Positions 62,890 through 64,000 of a stretch of 64,000 nucleotides of DNA are shown piece after piece. This stretch comes from Podarcis bocagei. Taxonomy: Eukaryota. Numbering within the stretch: the stretch's first letter is position 1; each line of letters opens with the position of its first letter. A program made the position numbers and the translations under genes. Below the pieces are notes generated by a model. It ran no database searches and was not told where the DNA came from. It worked only from the letters and a program-made list of their open reading frames with translations. Location: the NCBI GenBank assembly GCA_964188305.1, contig OZ076888.1. One strand, 5' to 3'.

Positions 62890-64000
62890 GATTTCTCGCC
62901 CTCGCGCCTTCCTCGCGTCTCGCCCACCCCCCGTGGGTCTTACATATGGGAGAGCGGGAGCGTGCCGTTTATGGCCGTGCCGGGCACAGGTGCGTTCTGG
63001 TAATGCTGCGACATGTGCAGTCTGCTGGGGGCGGCCGGCTCCGCCACTTCAGGCCCGGGCAGGTACATGCTGATCATGTCCCGGAGGTCTCCGGTTTGGC
63101 ACGGAGCCCTGGAATGGGAAGAAGACGTGACCACGGGGGGACTGGAGCTGGACTCCGTCTTGACCACGGATCCCATGGAGCCCAGGCTCATTCCCGGGGT
63201 CCCCTGCTGCGAATAGGACATGCTGCTGTAGGTGGGCGAGCCGTTCATGTAAGTCTGAGAGCCCGCCATGGAGTTGTACTGCAAGGCGCTCACGTCGTAG
63301 CGGTGCATGGGCTGCATCTGCGCGGCGGCGGCGGCGGCCGCGGCGTTGTGCGCGTTCAGGCCCGGGTGCTGCGGGTAGCCCAGCTGCTCCTGCATCATCC
63401 CGTAGCCGCCGTTGGTCCAGCCGTTCATGTGCGCGTAGCTGTCCATCCGCTGGTTGACTCCGGCCGCGCCCAGCGTGGCCCCCACGCCGACCCCCGCGCC
63501 CATGGAGTTGGAGCCCGGCGCCAGCAACCCGCCCGGCAAAGTGTACTTATCCTTCTTCATCAGCGTCTTGGTTTTCCTCCGGGGTCGGTATTTATAATCC
63601 GGGTGTTCCTTCATGTGCAAGGCGCGCAGCCGCTTGGCTTCGTCGATGAAAGGTCTCTTCTCAGCCTCCGAGAGAAGTTTCCACTCGGCCCCGAGGCGCT
63701 TGCTGATCTCCGAGTTGTGCATCTTGGGGTTCTCCTGCGCCATCTTCCGCCGCTGGCCCCGGGACCACACCATAAAGGCGTTCATGGGTCTCTTGACCCG
63801 ATCCGGGCTGTTCTTCTGGTTGTTGGCCCCGGAATTACTGTTGCCCCCCGCGCCTCCCCCCGCTGTCTGCTGGGGGGCGGGAGGCTTCAGTTCGGTTTCC
63901 ATCATGTTGTACATTCAAACGGCTTTTTTCGGCCGAGGGGGCGCAGCAACGGGCGGCCGGGAGGTTTCGGAATGGTGGTGGGCAAACAAACCAACGCAGC
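62890..64000. promoter_or_regulatory. CpG island over the SOX2 CDS and 5'UTR
   Basis: Very high GC and CpG density; continues to the window edge. Confidence 0.85.
62940..63914 (-). CDS. SOX2: SRY-box transcription factor 2 (SoxB1 HMG-box), single exon, 324 aa
   Basis: N-terminus [12 protein letters not shown]; HMG box [42 protein letters not shown]...; group-B motif [11 protein letters not shown]; C-terminus [13 protein letters not shown], all diagnostic of SOX2. Confidence 0.99.
   Translation of the reverse strand: MYNMMETELKPPAPQQTAGGGAGGNSNSGANNQKNSPDRVKRPMNAFMVWSRGQRRKMAQENPKMHNSEISKRLGAEWKLLSEAEKRPFIDEAKRLRALHMKEHPDYKYRPRRKTKTLMKKDKYTLPGGLLAPGSNSMGAGVGVGATLGAAGVNQRMDSYAHMNGWTNGGYGMMQEQLGYPQHPGLNAHNAAAAAAAAQMQPMHRYDVSALQYNSMAGSQTYMNGSPTYSSMSYSQQGTPGMSLGSMGSVVKTESSSSPPVVTSSSHSRAPCQTGDLRDMISMYLPGPEVAEPAAPSRLHMSQHYQNAPVPGTAINGTLPLSHM

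Larger units (their letters stand above)
61618..62939 (-). other. SOX2: SOX2 3'UTR
   Basis: AT-rich sequence after the stop codon. The terminal block (plus strand tttcagtgtccatatttcaaaaatttatttatctcaaactgtgcataatggagtaaaaactt) matches the conserved end of vertebrate SOX2 mRNAs as I recall it. Confidence 0.85.

Noticed and set aside
63013-63216. 67-aa ORF antisense to SOX2
   Set aside because: Expected shadow ORF in GC-rich coding DNA, with a non-ATG start and no recognisable homology.

Overview
Vertebrate genomic DNA, almost certainly from a lacertid lizard: it carries Podarcis/Darevskia-type Sauria SINEs, BovB, and squamate CR1/L2. The only credible protein-coding gene is the intronless SOX2 on the minus strand (CDS 63914->62940). 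Its ~1.3 kb 3'UTR is interrupted by a 140-N gap and ends at a poly(A) site near 61620. The other ~61 kb is the gene desert downstream of SOX2, which in amniotes holds developmental enhancers and part of the SOX2-OT lncRNA. The window splits into two compositional domains at about 25 kb. The distal part (1-25 kb) is CpG-poor and holds all the intact SINEs, the larger LINE fragments and a solo LTR. The proximal part (25-64 kb) keeps CpGs even in AT-rich DNA and holds mainly short MITEs and tiny LINE tips, consistent with a germline methylation canyon. The best leads are this boundary (supported by paired MITE copies that differ in CpG decay), a TCF/LEF-dense candidate N1 enhancer, a nuclear-receptor DR2 cluster, a dispersed ~85-bp palindrome family, a solo LTR and an 8-Ala tract in SOX2. 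I found no evidence for a new protein-coding system; the small ORFs are TE remnants or noise. Enhancer identities are inferred from motifs only, without alignments.
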